Shown: piece by piece, positions 1 through 7,302 of the stretch
How positions within the stretch are numbered: the first letter of the stretch is position 1
Layout: the number at the start of each line of letters is the position of its first letter
NCBI GenBank assembly: GCA_035282925.1
Contig: DATEUW010000026.1
Span: 1 to 41,983, forward strand
Source of the DNA: Candidatus Nanoarchaeia archaeon
GTDB taxonomy: Archaea > Nanobdellota > Nanobdellia > Pacearchaeales > GW2011-AR1
DNA length: 41,983 bases
Direction of reading: 5' to 3'
Notes under the pieces: generated by a model
What the model saw: the letters and a program-made list of their open reading frames with translations, nothing else
Told to the model about the DNA's origin: nothing
The model's database searches: none
Translations under genes and position numbers: made by a program

Positions 1-1442
1 TCGAGTTTCTCCAGCTCGAATTTTTTTAAAATAGCACCGCTCTTCCTCAGAATTGAACTTGCCCTTGCATAACTGTACATCAGATATGGGCCTGTATCGC
101 CCTCGAAAGAGACGAATTTTTTTATATCAAAAATAGCATCAGTTTTCCTGTTGTTTTTCAAATCTCCGTAAAAGATAGAGGCTATTGCAACCTTTAGGGC
201 TCTCTTTTGCAGTTCTTTCTTGGAAATTTTTTTTACTCTCTTTTTTATTTCTTTTTCTGCAAGATGTTCTGTTTTTTCCAGGATTTCTTCCATAAAAACA
301 GTCTTCCCTTTTCTGGTTGAAAATCTCTTTCCGTTTTTGTCCAGATAAAGGCCGTGGTCTACGTGGGTGCAGTTCTGAGCCCATTTGTAACCCATCAACT
401 CCAGGATTTTGAAGAGCTGCCTGAAATATAATTTCTGCTCCTGGCCAACTTCATAGAGCATCTTATCAAATTTGTATCTCCTGTACCTATCTATGGCTGC
501 AGCAATATCCCTTGTTATGTACAGAGTTCCACCGTCGCTTTTTTCTATTACTGCATTTTCAAGGCCCCACTTGTTCAGGTCAATTATGAGCGCCCCTTTG
601 CTTTTCCTGAGAAGCCTTTTTTCCTGCAATTGCTCGATGACCTTTCTTGATTTTTTATTATACATGGATTCCCCTTCATAAGCATCAAATTTTATTCCGA
701 GGGTTTTGTAGATTCCCTTGAAATTTTCAATAGAGATGTCCCTGAAAAACTTCCACAGAAGAAGCGCGCTCTTTTCCCTGTTTTCCATTTTTTTAAACCA
801 TTCTCTTGCTTCTTCCTCATATTTTTTCTTGTTCGCCTCGACATAAATTTCAAAAAGATGCTGTGTCAGCTTTCTGTTCAGTTTTTTTTCAGAACCGAAT
901 TTTTTATATCCAAAAAGGAGCTTTCCGAACTGGGTGCCCCAGTCCCCGAGGTAATTTATCCTCGTCACCCTGTGCCCTGTAAATTCCAGGATGTTTGACA
1001 GGGAGTTTCCTATTATCGTGGATCTTAAATGCCCTATCCCGAAAGGCTTTGCTATGTTCGGAGAGGAAAATTCGACAATTACCTTTTTTTTATCTCCTAC
1101 ATTCGTCCTTCCGTATTTCTTTTTCTGCGCTATTATGTCCCAGACAACCTGCCTTGCCAGGCTCTTTCTGTTCACGAAAAAGTTGAGATACGGGCCAGAC
1201 ACTTGGATATCTTCAAATTCTGTTGCAGGCGGTTCTCCTATTTCCTCTCTGATCTGGACAGCTATGTCATGGGGGTCCAGCCCTGATTTATCTGACAAAA
1301 AGAAGCACGGAAAAGCGTAGTCCCCAAGCTCAGGATTCTTAGGGATTTCTATCAGGTTTTCCAGTTCAGAATCTTTTATCTTTACCCTAAAGTCGAGCTC
1401 TTTCATGGCTTTTTTTAGCAGTCTAATAACGACATCTTTCAT
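1..1442 (-). CDS. argS: Arginyl-tRNA synthetase; 5' end complete, 3' end cut by the window edge
   Basis: Missing from the ORF track because no stop lies in the window. My minus-strand translation from the ATG at 1442-1440 gives MKDVVIRLLKKAMKELDF...KKVIVEFSSPNIAKPFGIGHLRSTIIGNSLSNILEFTGHRVTRINYLGDWGTQFGKL... The SSPN-AKP-H-GH-R (HIGH region) and GDWGTQFG contexts are typical of class I ArgRS. Confidence 0.85.
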   Translation of the reverse strand, partial: MKDVVIRLLKKAMKELDFRVKIKDSELENLIEIPKNPELGDYAFPCFFLSDKSGLDPHDIAVQIREEIGEPPATEFEDIQVSGPYLNFFVNRKSLARQVVWDIIAQKKKYGRTNVGDKKKVIVEFSSPNIAKPFGIGHLRSTIIGNSLSNILEFTGHRVTRINYLGDWGTQFGKLLFGYKKFGSEKKLNRKLTQHLFEIYVEANKKKYEEEAREWFKKMENREKSALLLWKFFRDISIENFKGIYKTLGIKFDAYEGESMYNKKSRKVIEQLQEKRLLRKSKGALIIDLNKWGLENAVIEKSDGGTLYITRDIAAAIDRYRRYKFDKMLYEVGQEQKLYFRQLFKILELMGYKWAQNCTHVDHGLYLDKNGKRFSTRKGKTVFMEEILEKTEHLAEKEIKKRVKKISKKELQKRALKVAIASIFYGDLKNNRKTDAIFDIKKFVSFEGDTGPYLMYSYARASSILRKSGAILKKFELEKL

Positions 1443-1530
1443 TCAGCAAAGAAGGAAAATAACTTAATAAAGATTTTGAAATGAGAAGTTTTTTAAGTGA
1501 AGAGCTATTCGTTTTTTATTAAGAGTGTAT

Positions 1531-1614
1531 GAGGGAGTGCCGGAGCGGTCAAACGGGCAGGACTTAAGATCCTGTAGCTTAGTGCTTGCGCAGGTTCGAA
1601 TCCTGTCTCCCTCA
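1531..1614 (+). tRNA. tRNA-Leu (anticodon UAA), class II with a long variable arm; no encoded CCA
   Basis: Hand-folded cloverleaf. Acceptor GAGGGAG (1531-1537) pairs with CTCCCTC (1607-1613), discriminator A1614. The D stem is 3 bp. Anticodon stem CAGGA/TCCTG carries loop CTTAAGA, so the anticodon is TAA (1565-1567) with G37. Variable arm is AGC-TTAGT-GCT and the T arm is GCAGG-TTCGAAT-CCTGT. Confidence 0.9.
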
Positions 1615-1618
1615 TTTT

Positions 1619-2335
1619 ATGAAAAAGAGTCGGGATGTCCGGTTATTAATCATACTTATTGTTTTATTATTTATTATCAATTATCCATTTCTTGACAGAG
1701 CATTGACAAAGTTTCTAGATACAGATGAAACCGTTGTTGTTAACAGGATTATCGATGGAGACACGATAGAGGCAGAAAACAGAAATGAAAGCATAAGGCT
1801 CCTCGGAATCAACACTCCGGAGCGCGGCGAGTTTCTTTATGGGGAAGCAAAACAGTTTCTCGAGGACAGAATTTTGAATAAAACCGTGAATCTAAAATTT
1901 GGAAAAGACAGATATGACAAATACGATAGAACTCTCGCATATGTTTTCCTGGACAACAAGAACATAAACCAAGAGCTTATTGAAAATGGATTTGCAAATT
2001 ATTATTTTCCTGCAGGAAGGGATTCTTATTATGAGGATTTTTTAACTGCCTGGAAAATCTGCATCGATAAAAATGTAAATTTATGCGAGAAATCAGGAGA
2101 TGTATGTGCCGAGTGTATTGAGATAAAAAGTTCCAGTACGATAATAAACGCTTGCTCTTTCTCCTGCAGCATAAATGGCTGGAAAATAAAAGCAGAAGGG
2201 AGAAATTACACTGAATTTTCTAATGTTCTTAAAAGCCAGGAAGAGGCTTCATTTAACTTAGAATTAACGCCTACGGGCGATACTATTTTTCTGAGGGACG
2301 ACGAAGGAAAATTAGTTTTTTGGGAGAAGTATTAA
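1619..2335 (+). CDS. Membrane-anchored staphylococcal-nuclease (thermonuclease/SNase) homologue with a lamin-tail-domain-like C-terminus
   Basis: The track ORF starts at 1586 inside the tRNA; the first ATG outside it is 1619 (MKKSRDVRLLIILIVLLFIINYPFL, an N-terminal TM anchor). SNase core: VVNRIIDGDTIEAE...IRLLGINTPERGE...YGEAKQFLE...DKYDRTLAYVFL...INQELIENGFA. The C-terminal 80 aa (CIEIKSS..IINACSFSCSINGWKIKAEG...GDTIFLRDDEGKLVFWEKY) has the LTD-like pattern. Confidence 0.8.
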   Translation: MKKSRDVRLLIILIVLLFIINYPFLDRALTKFLDTDETVVVNRIIDGDTIEAENRNESIRLLGINTPERGEFLYGEAKQFLEDRILNKTVNLKFGKDRYDKYDRTLAYVFLDNKNINQELIENGFANYYFPAGRDSYYEDFLTAWKICIDKNVNLCEKSGDVCAECIEIKSSSTIINACSFSCSINGWKIKAEGRNYTEFSNVLKSQEEASFNLELTPTGDTIFLRDDEGKLVFWEKY

Positions 2336-2430
2336 ACAAAAACTCAATTACTTAACTTTAAATACGGTGAAAACCATCTTTTTTTATCGATAACTGTTGG
2401 AAATAGAGCCTAATCAAAAAGGGCACACTA

Positions 2431-2490
2431 TTTCTTTAACTTGACCATGCTTGGACGAGTTTCTTTTAACTTGACTATACCTAGGCGAGT
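2431..2490 (+). repeat. Two tandem, imperfect 30-bp direct repeats upstream of the DEAD-box helicase gene
   Basis: 2431-2460 tttctttaacttgaccatgcttggacgagt versus 2461-2490 ttcttttaacttgactatacctaggcgagt. They match at 23/30 positions, with a shared core TTTAACTTGAC...CGAGT. The repeat ends 26 nt before the ATG at 2516. Confidence 0.8.
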
Positions 2491-2515
2491 TCACATACAT
2501 TGATACAAATTGAAA

Positions 2516-3955
2516 ATGGAAAGTTTTAGAAAGTTAGGCTTGAGCGAACAGCTTTTGAAATTACTAGAAAAAGAAGGATTCAGCGAGCCGAGTGAAATAC
2601 AGGAGAAAGTAATTCCTCTAGTCTTGCAGGGAAAAGATGTTATAGGCGGAAGTGCCACAGGCTCGGGAAAGACTCTTGCATTCGGAACAGGCATCATAGA
2701 AAAAACTGAACACAACAAAGGATTGCAAGTTTTAATTCTGACTCCAACGAGGGAGTTAGCAGAGCAGGTAGGAAATGTCTTTGTAAGATTTTCTGAGTAT
2801 AAACAATTGAATGTGGCAATTGTTTACGGGGGAGTCAATATAGGCCATCAGATAAGAGATTTAAGAAATTCAGAGATTGTTGTCGGAACTCCGGGAAGAA
2901 TTATTGACCATATGGAAAGGGGAACAATAAATTTCTCTGAGCTGAAAATCCTGGTTTTGGATGAGGCTGACAGGATGCTGGACATGGGTTTTATATATGA
3001 TGTTGAAAAAATAATAAAAAATTGTCCCAAGGAAAGGCAAACACTCTTGTTTTCTGCCACTATCTTTGGTGATATAGAGCACATAGCAAAAAAGCATATG
3101 AAAAATCCTAGAACAATTTCTGTTGAGTCATACGTTGATCCTGCAAAACTGAGACAGATCTATTATGATGTTCCAAAAAATCTGAAATTTTCCCTTCTCG
3201 TGCATCTTCTCAAGAGAGAGAGCCATAAGCTGGTGATGGTTTTCTGCAACACGAGGCACAACACTGATTTTATTGGAAGAAATCTGAGCAATCTTGGAAT
3301 AGATGTTCTGGCTATACACGGTGGATTGACACAGCAGAAAAGAAACAAGATCATGGAGAAGTTCAATGAAAACAGAATCCATGTTCTTGTATGCACAGAC
3401 ATTGCTGCCAGGGGCCTGGACATCAAGGGAATTTCCCATATCTATAATTATGACATTCCAAAAACAAGCAAGGATTACATTCATCGCATTGGTCGCACTG
3501 CAAGAGCAGGCAAAGAGGGTATTGCAATAAATATTCTTTCAGACAGGGACTATGACAATTTCGGCAATGTCCTTAAAGATCCGTCGCTGAACATAGAAAA
3601 AGCGGAAACCCCTGAAATTGAAACAGTCAGGATGATGCTGCCAAACCAGAATATGCAGAGGAGGCAGAGGTGGGATTCAGAAGACTGGAGGAGCAGAAAA
3701 TTCCACAGAGAACACCATGTCAGAAACCGCGAAGGGTCTGGAGAAGGACAGAGAGAGGAAAGACCTGGATTCGGGGGACATAGGGGGCCTGACCGAGGGA
3801 ACTTTAGGGCTGGCCAAAAAAATTTTGGTGGCAGAGGGGGCAGAGGAAACTTCGGAAGCAGAAGAAGAATTCCCCAACGAAGCGGAAACTACAGAAGCCA
3901 GAAAGGAAGGCAGGGAAACCGCGCCAGGAATTTCAACAGGCGCAGAAGGTTTTAG
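2516..3955 (+). CDS. DEAD-box ATP-dependent RNA helicase with a 98-aa Arg/Gly-rich (RGG-like) C-terminal tail
   Basis: Track start 2510 is TTG; the first ATG is 2516. Motifs: Q FSEPSEIQ, I SATGSGKT, Ia PTRELA, II VLDEADRML, III FSAT, V TDIAARGLD, VI HRIGRTARAG. The tail contains RGPDRGNFRAGQKNFGGRGGRGNFGSRRR...NFNRRRRF. Confidence 0.92.
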   Translation: MESFRKLGLSEQLLKLLEKEGFSEPSEIQEKVIPLVLQGKDVIGGSATGSGKTLAFGTGIIEKTEHNKGLQVLILTPTRELAEQVGNVFVRFSEYKQLNVAIVYGGVNIGHQIRDLRNSEIVVGTPGRIIDHMERGTINFSELKILVLDEADRMLDMGFIYDVEKIIKNCPKERQTLLFSATIFGDIEHIAKKHMKNPRTISVESYVDPAKLRQIYYDVPKNLKFSLLVHLLKRESHKLVMVFCNTRHNTDFIGRNLSNLGIDVLAIHGGLTQQKRNKIMEKFNENRIHVLVCTDIAARGLDIKGISHIYNYDIPKTSKDYIHRIGRTARAGKEGIAINILSDRDYDNFGNVLKDPSLNIEKAETPEIETVRMMLPNQNMQRRQRWDSEDWRSRKFHREHHVRNREGSGEGQREERPGFGGHRGPDRGNFRAGQKNFGGRGGRGNFGSRRRIPQRSGNYRSQKGRQGNRARNFNRRRRF

Positions 3956-3983
3956 CAGGATATAAAATTCTCTTCTCAAAAGC

Positions 3984-3995
3984 TTTATAAATAAT
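3984..3995 (+). promoter_or_regulatory. TATA-box-like element (TTTATAAATAAT) for the downstream structured RNA
   Basis: AAAAGC TTTATAAATAAT lies about 22-28 nt upstream of the proposed RNA 5' end (G4013). This is the usual archaeal BRE/TATA-to-start spacing. Confidence 0.5.
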
Positions 3996-4012
3996 ACAGA
4001 ACCCAGTCTACA

Positions 4013-4289
4013 GTAGACTAGGTCGGCGGGATAGCCCTCCGCTGCTTGCAAATGGGCTTCATGGCAGACTGCAAGGAAGGGCGTAAAAGGAAAGTCAAAA
4101 AGTCCTTGTTCGGACGTTGACGCTTTGTCTGTCTCGATCTTGCAGATGCGAAACGGGTCAGGCCTTGATCGGAGCAGCCCTAAACATTTGTAAAGGTGCT
4201 TGACAGGTCGCAGAGCCGAGAAAGAATAAGGGTTCACTTTTCTGGCATCCTCGAGCAAACTTCCGAGTCTACATATTAATCCTCGGAAG
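4013..4289 (+). ncRNA. Putative signal recognition particle RNA (archaeal 7S/SRP RNA); ends approximate
   Basis: This is a 380-nt gap with no credible ORF and higher GC than the flanks. GGGTCAGGCC (4155-4164) ... GGAGCAGCCC (4171-4180) matches the SRP helix-8 (domain IV) consensus GGUCAGGUCC-GGAA-GGAAGCAGCC on the + strand only. The 5' GTAGACT (4013-4019) can pair with the 3' AGTCTAC (4266-4272), like archaeal helix 1. Length of about 260-280 nt fits 7S RNA, and a TATA box lies upstream. Confidence 0.6.
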
Positions 4290-4306
4290 ACGGTTATAAT
4301 CACTAA

Positions 4307-4322
4307 ATTAATAAACTATTTT
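4307..4322 (+). promoter_or_regulatory. Conserved promoter motif ATTAATAAACTATTTT, copy 1; ends 15 nt before the ATG at 4337
   Basis: The identical 16-mer recurs at 6654-6669 and 25782-25797, and a one-base-shorter version at 7303-7317. Spacing to the ATG is fixed at 15-16 nt. The TTAATAAA part sits at about -29 to -22, as expected for a TATA box on a leaderless mRNA. Confidence 0.65.
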
Positions 4323-4336
4323 TTCTTTTAGAATAT

Positions 4337-4858
4337 ATGAAAAGGGGTTGGAATAAAATTGGTCAGTTCTATCTCGTTTCTGCCATAATCGTCGCCGCAA
4401 TAGTGATAAGTGTTATTGTTGTGACAAATTACTCAAAAAAGCAGGATTATAGTGATTTAAACAGCCTTAGGGATGAGCTGAATATAGAGAGCGCAAAAGT
4501 TTTGGATTACGGAATCAACAACCAGCTCAGCCAGGCAGCAATGAACCAGCTTCTCCAGGATTTCACCCAGAAATACATAGACACAGAATCAAGGGACAAG
4601 AACCTCTATTTTGTCTTTGGCAATCAGGATAACATCACATTAAAAGGATACCAGAATACTGCACACACTGTTTCCTTGGACAGTGCAAACATCGCCTCTT
4701 CTTCGGGGGAATTTTTAGGAATAGTGAATCCAACAGGAAGCAGTACAACTCTTCAGATAGACGAGAACGCCTACATTTTTACTTTAAAAAACGGCGAGAA
4801 TTTCTTTTTCGTGATTTCCCGAGAAATCGGAGGAGAGGAGCATGTTATTACAGGATGA
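4337..4858 (+). CDS. Prepilin-like protein (class III signal peptide, Gln at +1)
   Basis: The N-terminus MKRGWNKIG/QFYLVSAIIVAAIVISVIVV has a basic leader, then Gly-Gln, then a hydrophobic helix. The rest is soluble and Ser/Thr/Asn-rich. It is the first gene of the pilus operon. Confidence 0.6.
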   Translation: MKRGWNKIGQFYLVSAIIVAAIVISVIVVTNYSKKQDYSDLNSLRDELNIESAKVLDYGINNQLSQAAMNQLLQDFTQKYIDTESRDKNLYFVFGNQDNITLKGYQNTAHTVSLDSANIASSSGEFLGIVNPTGSSTTLQIDENAYIFTLKNGENFFFVISREIGGEEHVITG

Positions 4859-4881
4859 TTTTATAATTATTGGAGATAGAT

Positions 4882-6078
4882 ATGTTAATGTTCAAAAAGA
4901 TAATTTTAATAAAAAAGGATTGGTTTAAACTAAAAAATGGTGTTAAGTATGACATGTTAAAAATTCAAAATCGCAAAGGAGTGAGCATAATGGTGGGCTA
5001 TGTTCTTCTCGTAGTTTTCGCAGTGATAATTGGGGCGATAACTTTCGCATGGCTCAAGACCTATGTCCCTGCAGAGGCTTTGAACTGCCCGGACGGAGTC
5101 TCGGTTTTTGTCAGCGAGGCAGCTTTCAATGATTCAACATTGAAACTGAATTTAAGCCTGAGAAACAACGGAAGATTCGACATTGCAGGATATTTCATAC
5201 ATGCATCAAATGATTCAAGCCAGGAATTGCCGACCATGGATTTGTCTCCTTATCTCAACGAGAGTTTCAGCGGAAAGAGATTCGGAAATTCTGTGGTTTT
5301 CGACCAGGGAGGGAACCTTTTCAAAACAGGAGAACAAGAAAGAAATATCTTTGACATTCCCTCTGAGATTGGTGGACTTTATTCCATCAGAATAATTCCA
5401 ACGAGATTCCAGGAAGTGGACAACAGGCAGAGGTTCGTGAGCTGCAGCGGTGCAAAAGTGCAGCAGCTCGTCGGTGAGCCAATTGTATGCATACCAAAAA
5501 CTTGCTCCTCGTTAGGATATACTGAATGTAATCCTCCCAGCTGGAGTCAAAGTGATGGTTGTGGAGGAATTTTGGATTGTGGAAGCTGCTTAAGCCCAGA
5601 GCAATGCGATGTTTCTGGAGAATGCTATGATCCTTCAAACTGTATGCCTGCTCCAAATCCAACTCTTCCAGGAGTCTGTGGTTCAATGGTTTGTGGAACA
5701 GCTACAAACGGAACCTGCGGTTCTGTAAGCTGTGGAACCTGCATAACAGGATTCGAATGCAATGCAACAGGCCAGTGTGTTTCAACGATTGGAAATGGTG
5801 TCTGTGACCCTGGAGAAGATTGCTCTGAGCCGGCATGTGCAGGACAGCAGGCACAATGCCAGACAAATTACATTTGCCAAGGAGGAAGTTGTGTGCTTGA
5901 CACTTCGGGAGTTTCCAGCTGTCAGGGTTATTGTGTCTTATTAGGAAATTATAGCACTGGTTTTTGTACTAACAGTGTAGGTAACTGTCAAAATGGTGGC
6001 GGGGTATACCAATCTGTAGGAGATCAGTGGTGCACCGGAGGGGCTCAGGCAGATACGTGTTGTTGTACTCCATTATAA
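4882..6078 (+). CDS. Prepilin-like protein fused to a large cysteine-rich (about 31 Cys) C-terminal module
   Basis: NRKG/VSIMVGYVLLVVFAVIIGAITFAWL is a class III signal peptide. The C-terminal 205 aa is built of CG-x-C / G-x-C repeats (DGCGGILDCGSCLSPEQCDVSGEC, GVCGSMVCGTATNGTCGSVSCGTCITGFECNATGQC...) and ends DTCCCTPL. The start is uncertain: track 4870 is TTG, ATG 4882 has GGAGAT 6 nt upstream, and ATG 4954 would give a short leader (MLKIQNRKG/VS). Confidence 0.65.
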   Translation: MLMFKKIILIKKDWFKLKNGVKYDMLKIQNRKGVSIMVGYVLLVVFAVIIGAITFAWLKTYVPAEALNCPDGVSVFVSEAAFNDSTLKLNLSLRNNGRFDIAGYFIHASNDSSQELPTMDLSPYLNESFSGKRFGNSVVFDQGGNLFKTGEQERNIFDIPSEIGGLYSIRIIPTRFQEVDNRQRFVSCSGAKVQQLVGEPIVCIPKTCSSLGYTECNPPSWSQSDGCGGILDCGSCLSPEQCDVSGECYDPSNCMPAPNPTLPGVCGSMVCGTATNGTCGSVSCGTCITGFECNATGQCVSTIGNGVCDPGEDCSEPACAGQQAQCQTNYICQGGSCVLDTSGVSSCQGYCVLLGNYSTGFCTNSVGNCQNGGGVYQSVGDQWCTGGAQADTCCCTPL

Positions 6079-6106
6079 TAAATTAATATAAATTTATAAA
6101 TTAAAA

Positions 6107-6592
6107 ATGTCTTCAAGGAACATGAAAAAAGAGATGAAGAAAGCAGTCACCCCTGTAATTGCAACAACGCTCCTTGTTGCGATGGTCGTTGTGATAGGAT
6201 TGATAATTTTTCTGTGGTTTCGAGGATTTACGCAGGAAGCTATCACAAAATTCGGAGGGACAAATGTAGAACTGGTATGCAAGGATGTAATTTTTGATTC
6301 CAGCTATTCCTCTGGAGAATTGTTTCTTTCAAATATCGGAAATGTTCCCATCTACAGTTTCAAACTGAAGGTAGAGAAACCTGGAAGCCATGAAACTCTT
6401 GGCATAGAGGACATCACTGGCAGCTGGCCAGAAACAGGGCTGAACCAGGGAGGGGTTTTCTCAGGAGACATTTCCTCGTCTGTATCTGGCGCAGAAAAAA
6501 TAACGCTGATTCCTGTTCTGAGAGGAATTTCAGATACAGGAGCTAGAACCCATGTCTGTGACGAGCAGTATGGGGAAGAAATTATTTTGTAA
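6107..6592 (+). CDS. Archaeal type IV pilin (Pilin_N/DUF1628-type N-terminus)
   Basis: MSSRNMKKEMKKA/VTPVIATTLLVAMVVVIGLIIFLWF carries the characteristic [KR][GA]/[VI][ST]PVI archaeal pilin N-terminal motif. It is followed by a beta-rich globular part of about 120 aa. Confidence 0.75.
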   Translation: MSSRNMKKEMKKAVTPVIATTLLVAMVVVIGLIIFLWFRGFTQEAITKFGGTNVELVCKDVIFDSSYSSGELFLSNIGNVPIYSFKLKVEKPGSHETLGIEDITGSWPETGLNQGGVFSGDISSSVSGAEKITLIPVLRGISDTGARTHVCDEQYGEEIIL

Positions 6593-6653
6593 GAAGAATT
6601 AGTTTTATATTAACAAATAACATAATAAGATATATCTAAAATTTATCTGATAA

Positions 6654-6669
6654 ATTAATAAACTATTTT
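6654..6669 (+). promoter_or_regulatory. Conserved promoter motif ATTAATAAACTATTTT, copy 2; ends 15 nt before the ATG at 6684
   Basis: Exact 16/16 match to 4307-4322 with identical spacing to the start codon. Confidence 0.65.
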
Positions 6670-6683
6670 TCACTGATATTGTT

Positions 6684-7220
6684 ATGATAAATATCATGAC
6701 TAAAAATAAAAAAGGAGTTTCAGCTGTTATTGGGACAGTCATACTGATAGCATTAACGATTGGAGTCGTAGCTATTGTTTGGGCTGTAGTCAGCAATCTG
6801 GTGGAGGAAAATATCAGCAGCTCTGAATCCTGTTTTGGAGTTTTTGGCAAAGTCACCTTAAATCCAAGATACACCTGCTACAACAATACTGCAGGAGCTG
6901 GAGCAGATGAGCTCTGGTTTTCCATAAGCGTTGGCGACATAGAAAAAGTTGATGACATTCTCGTGGCAATATCTGGCGGAGGATCTTCTACAATTTTTAA
7001 GATACTGGAAGACAGCCCTGCCGGACTTTCATATTACCCAAACAGAACGCAACCAGTTGGAATTCCTGGAAAAAATTCTGGATTCACATACATTTACGAG
7101 CTTCCTGCTTCTTTTGCCGAGACGCCTGAAAGAATAGAAATCGCCCTGATAATCAACGGAGAAGTGTGCGGGAACATTGATTCCATAGAACAGTTCGACA
7201 GCTGTTCTTTGCTGGCTTGA
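6684..7220 (+). CDS. Archaeal type IV pilin (Pilin_N-type N-terminus)
   Basis: MINIMTKNKKG/VSAVIGTVILIALTIGVVAIVWAVV is a class III signal peptide with a pilin N-terminal helix. Start 6684 is preferred over 6696 because the motif-to-ATG spacing equals that of the other copies. Confidence 0.75.
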   Translation: MINIMTKNKKGVSAVIGTVILIALTIGVVAIVWAVVSNLVEENISSSESCFGVFGKVTLNPRYTCYNNTAGAGADELWFSISVGDIEKVDDILVAISGGGSSTIFKILEDSPAGLSYYPNRTQPVGIPGKNSGFTYIYELPASFAETPERIEIALIINGEVCGNIDSIEQFDSCSLLA

Positions 7221-7302
7221 AATCAAGGTAAAAAATATCTTCCAGGCTTGGCCGACATAAAGAAAACCAACTCGTTCTGGCGTGACCGAGTTAAAGAAAA
7301 AT

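Noticed and set aside
1586-1618. Upstream-extended starts in the ORF track: 1586, 2510, 7326, 11002, 13172, 25807, 28295, 28971 and 29296.
   Set aside because: Most of these are non-ATG codons (TTG/GTG where I checked), and several overlap a tRNA or the preceding gene. In each case a downstream ATG has better SD or TATA spacing, or abuts the neighbouring stop.
2431-2490. The tandem 30-bp repeats as a mini CRISPR array.
   Set aside because: There are only two copies, directly abutting without spacers and imperfect. No cas genes are in the window.
4089-4096. GGAAAGTC, preceded by ACAGAACCCAGTCTAC at 3997-4012, looks like the RNase P RNA CR-I (GAGGAAAGUCC) and CR-V (ACAGAACCCGGCUUA) motifs.
   Set aside because: The order is wrong: the CR-V-like element would precede CR-I and lies upstream of the likely transcription start. 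The P4 pairing is poor. The same RNA carries a much better match to SRP helix 8. RNase P RNA is kept only as an alternative to be tested with covariance models.
3677-4303. A 208-aa minus-strand ORF, plus the + strand ORF at 3717-3965, overlapping the helicase tail and the structured-RNA region.
   Set aside because: It is produced by the purine-skewed, low-complexity RGG-coding DNA and the GC-richer RNA gene. There is no promoter or SD context, the composition is implausible, and it overlaps better-supported features.
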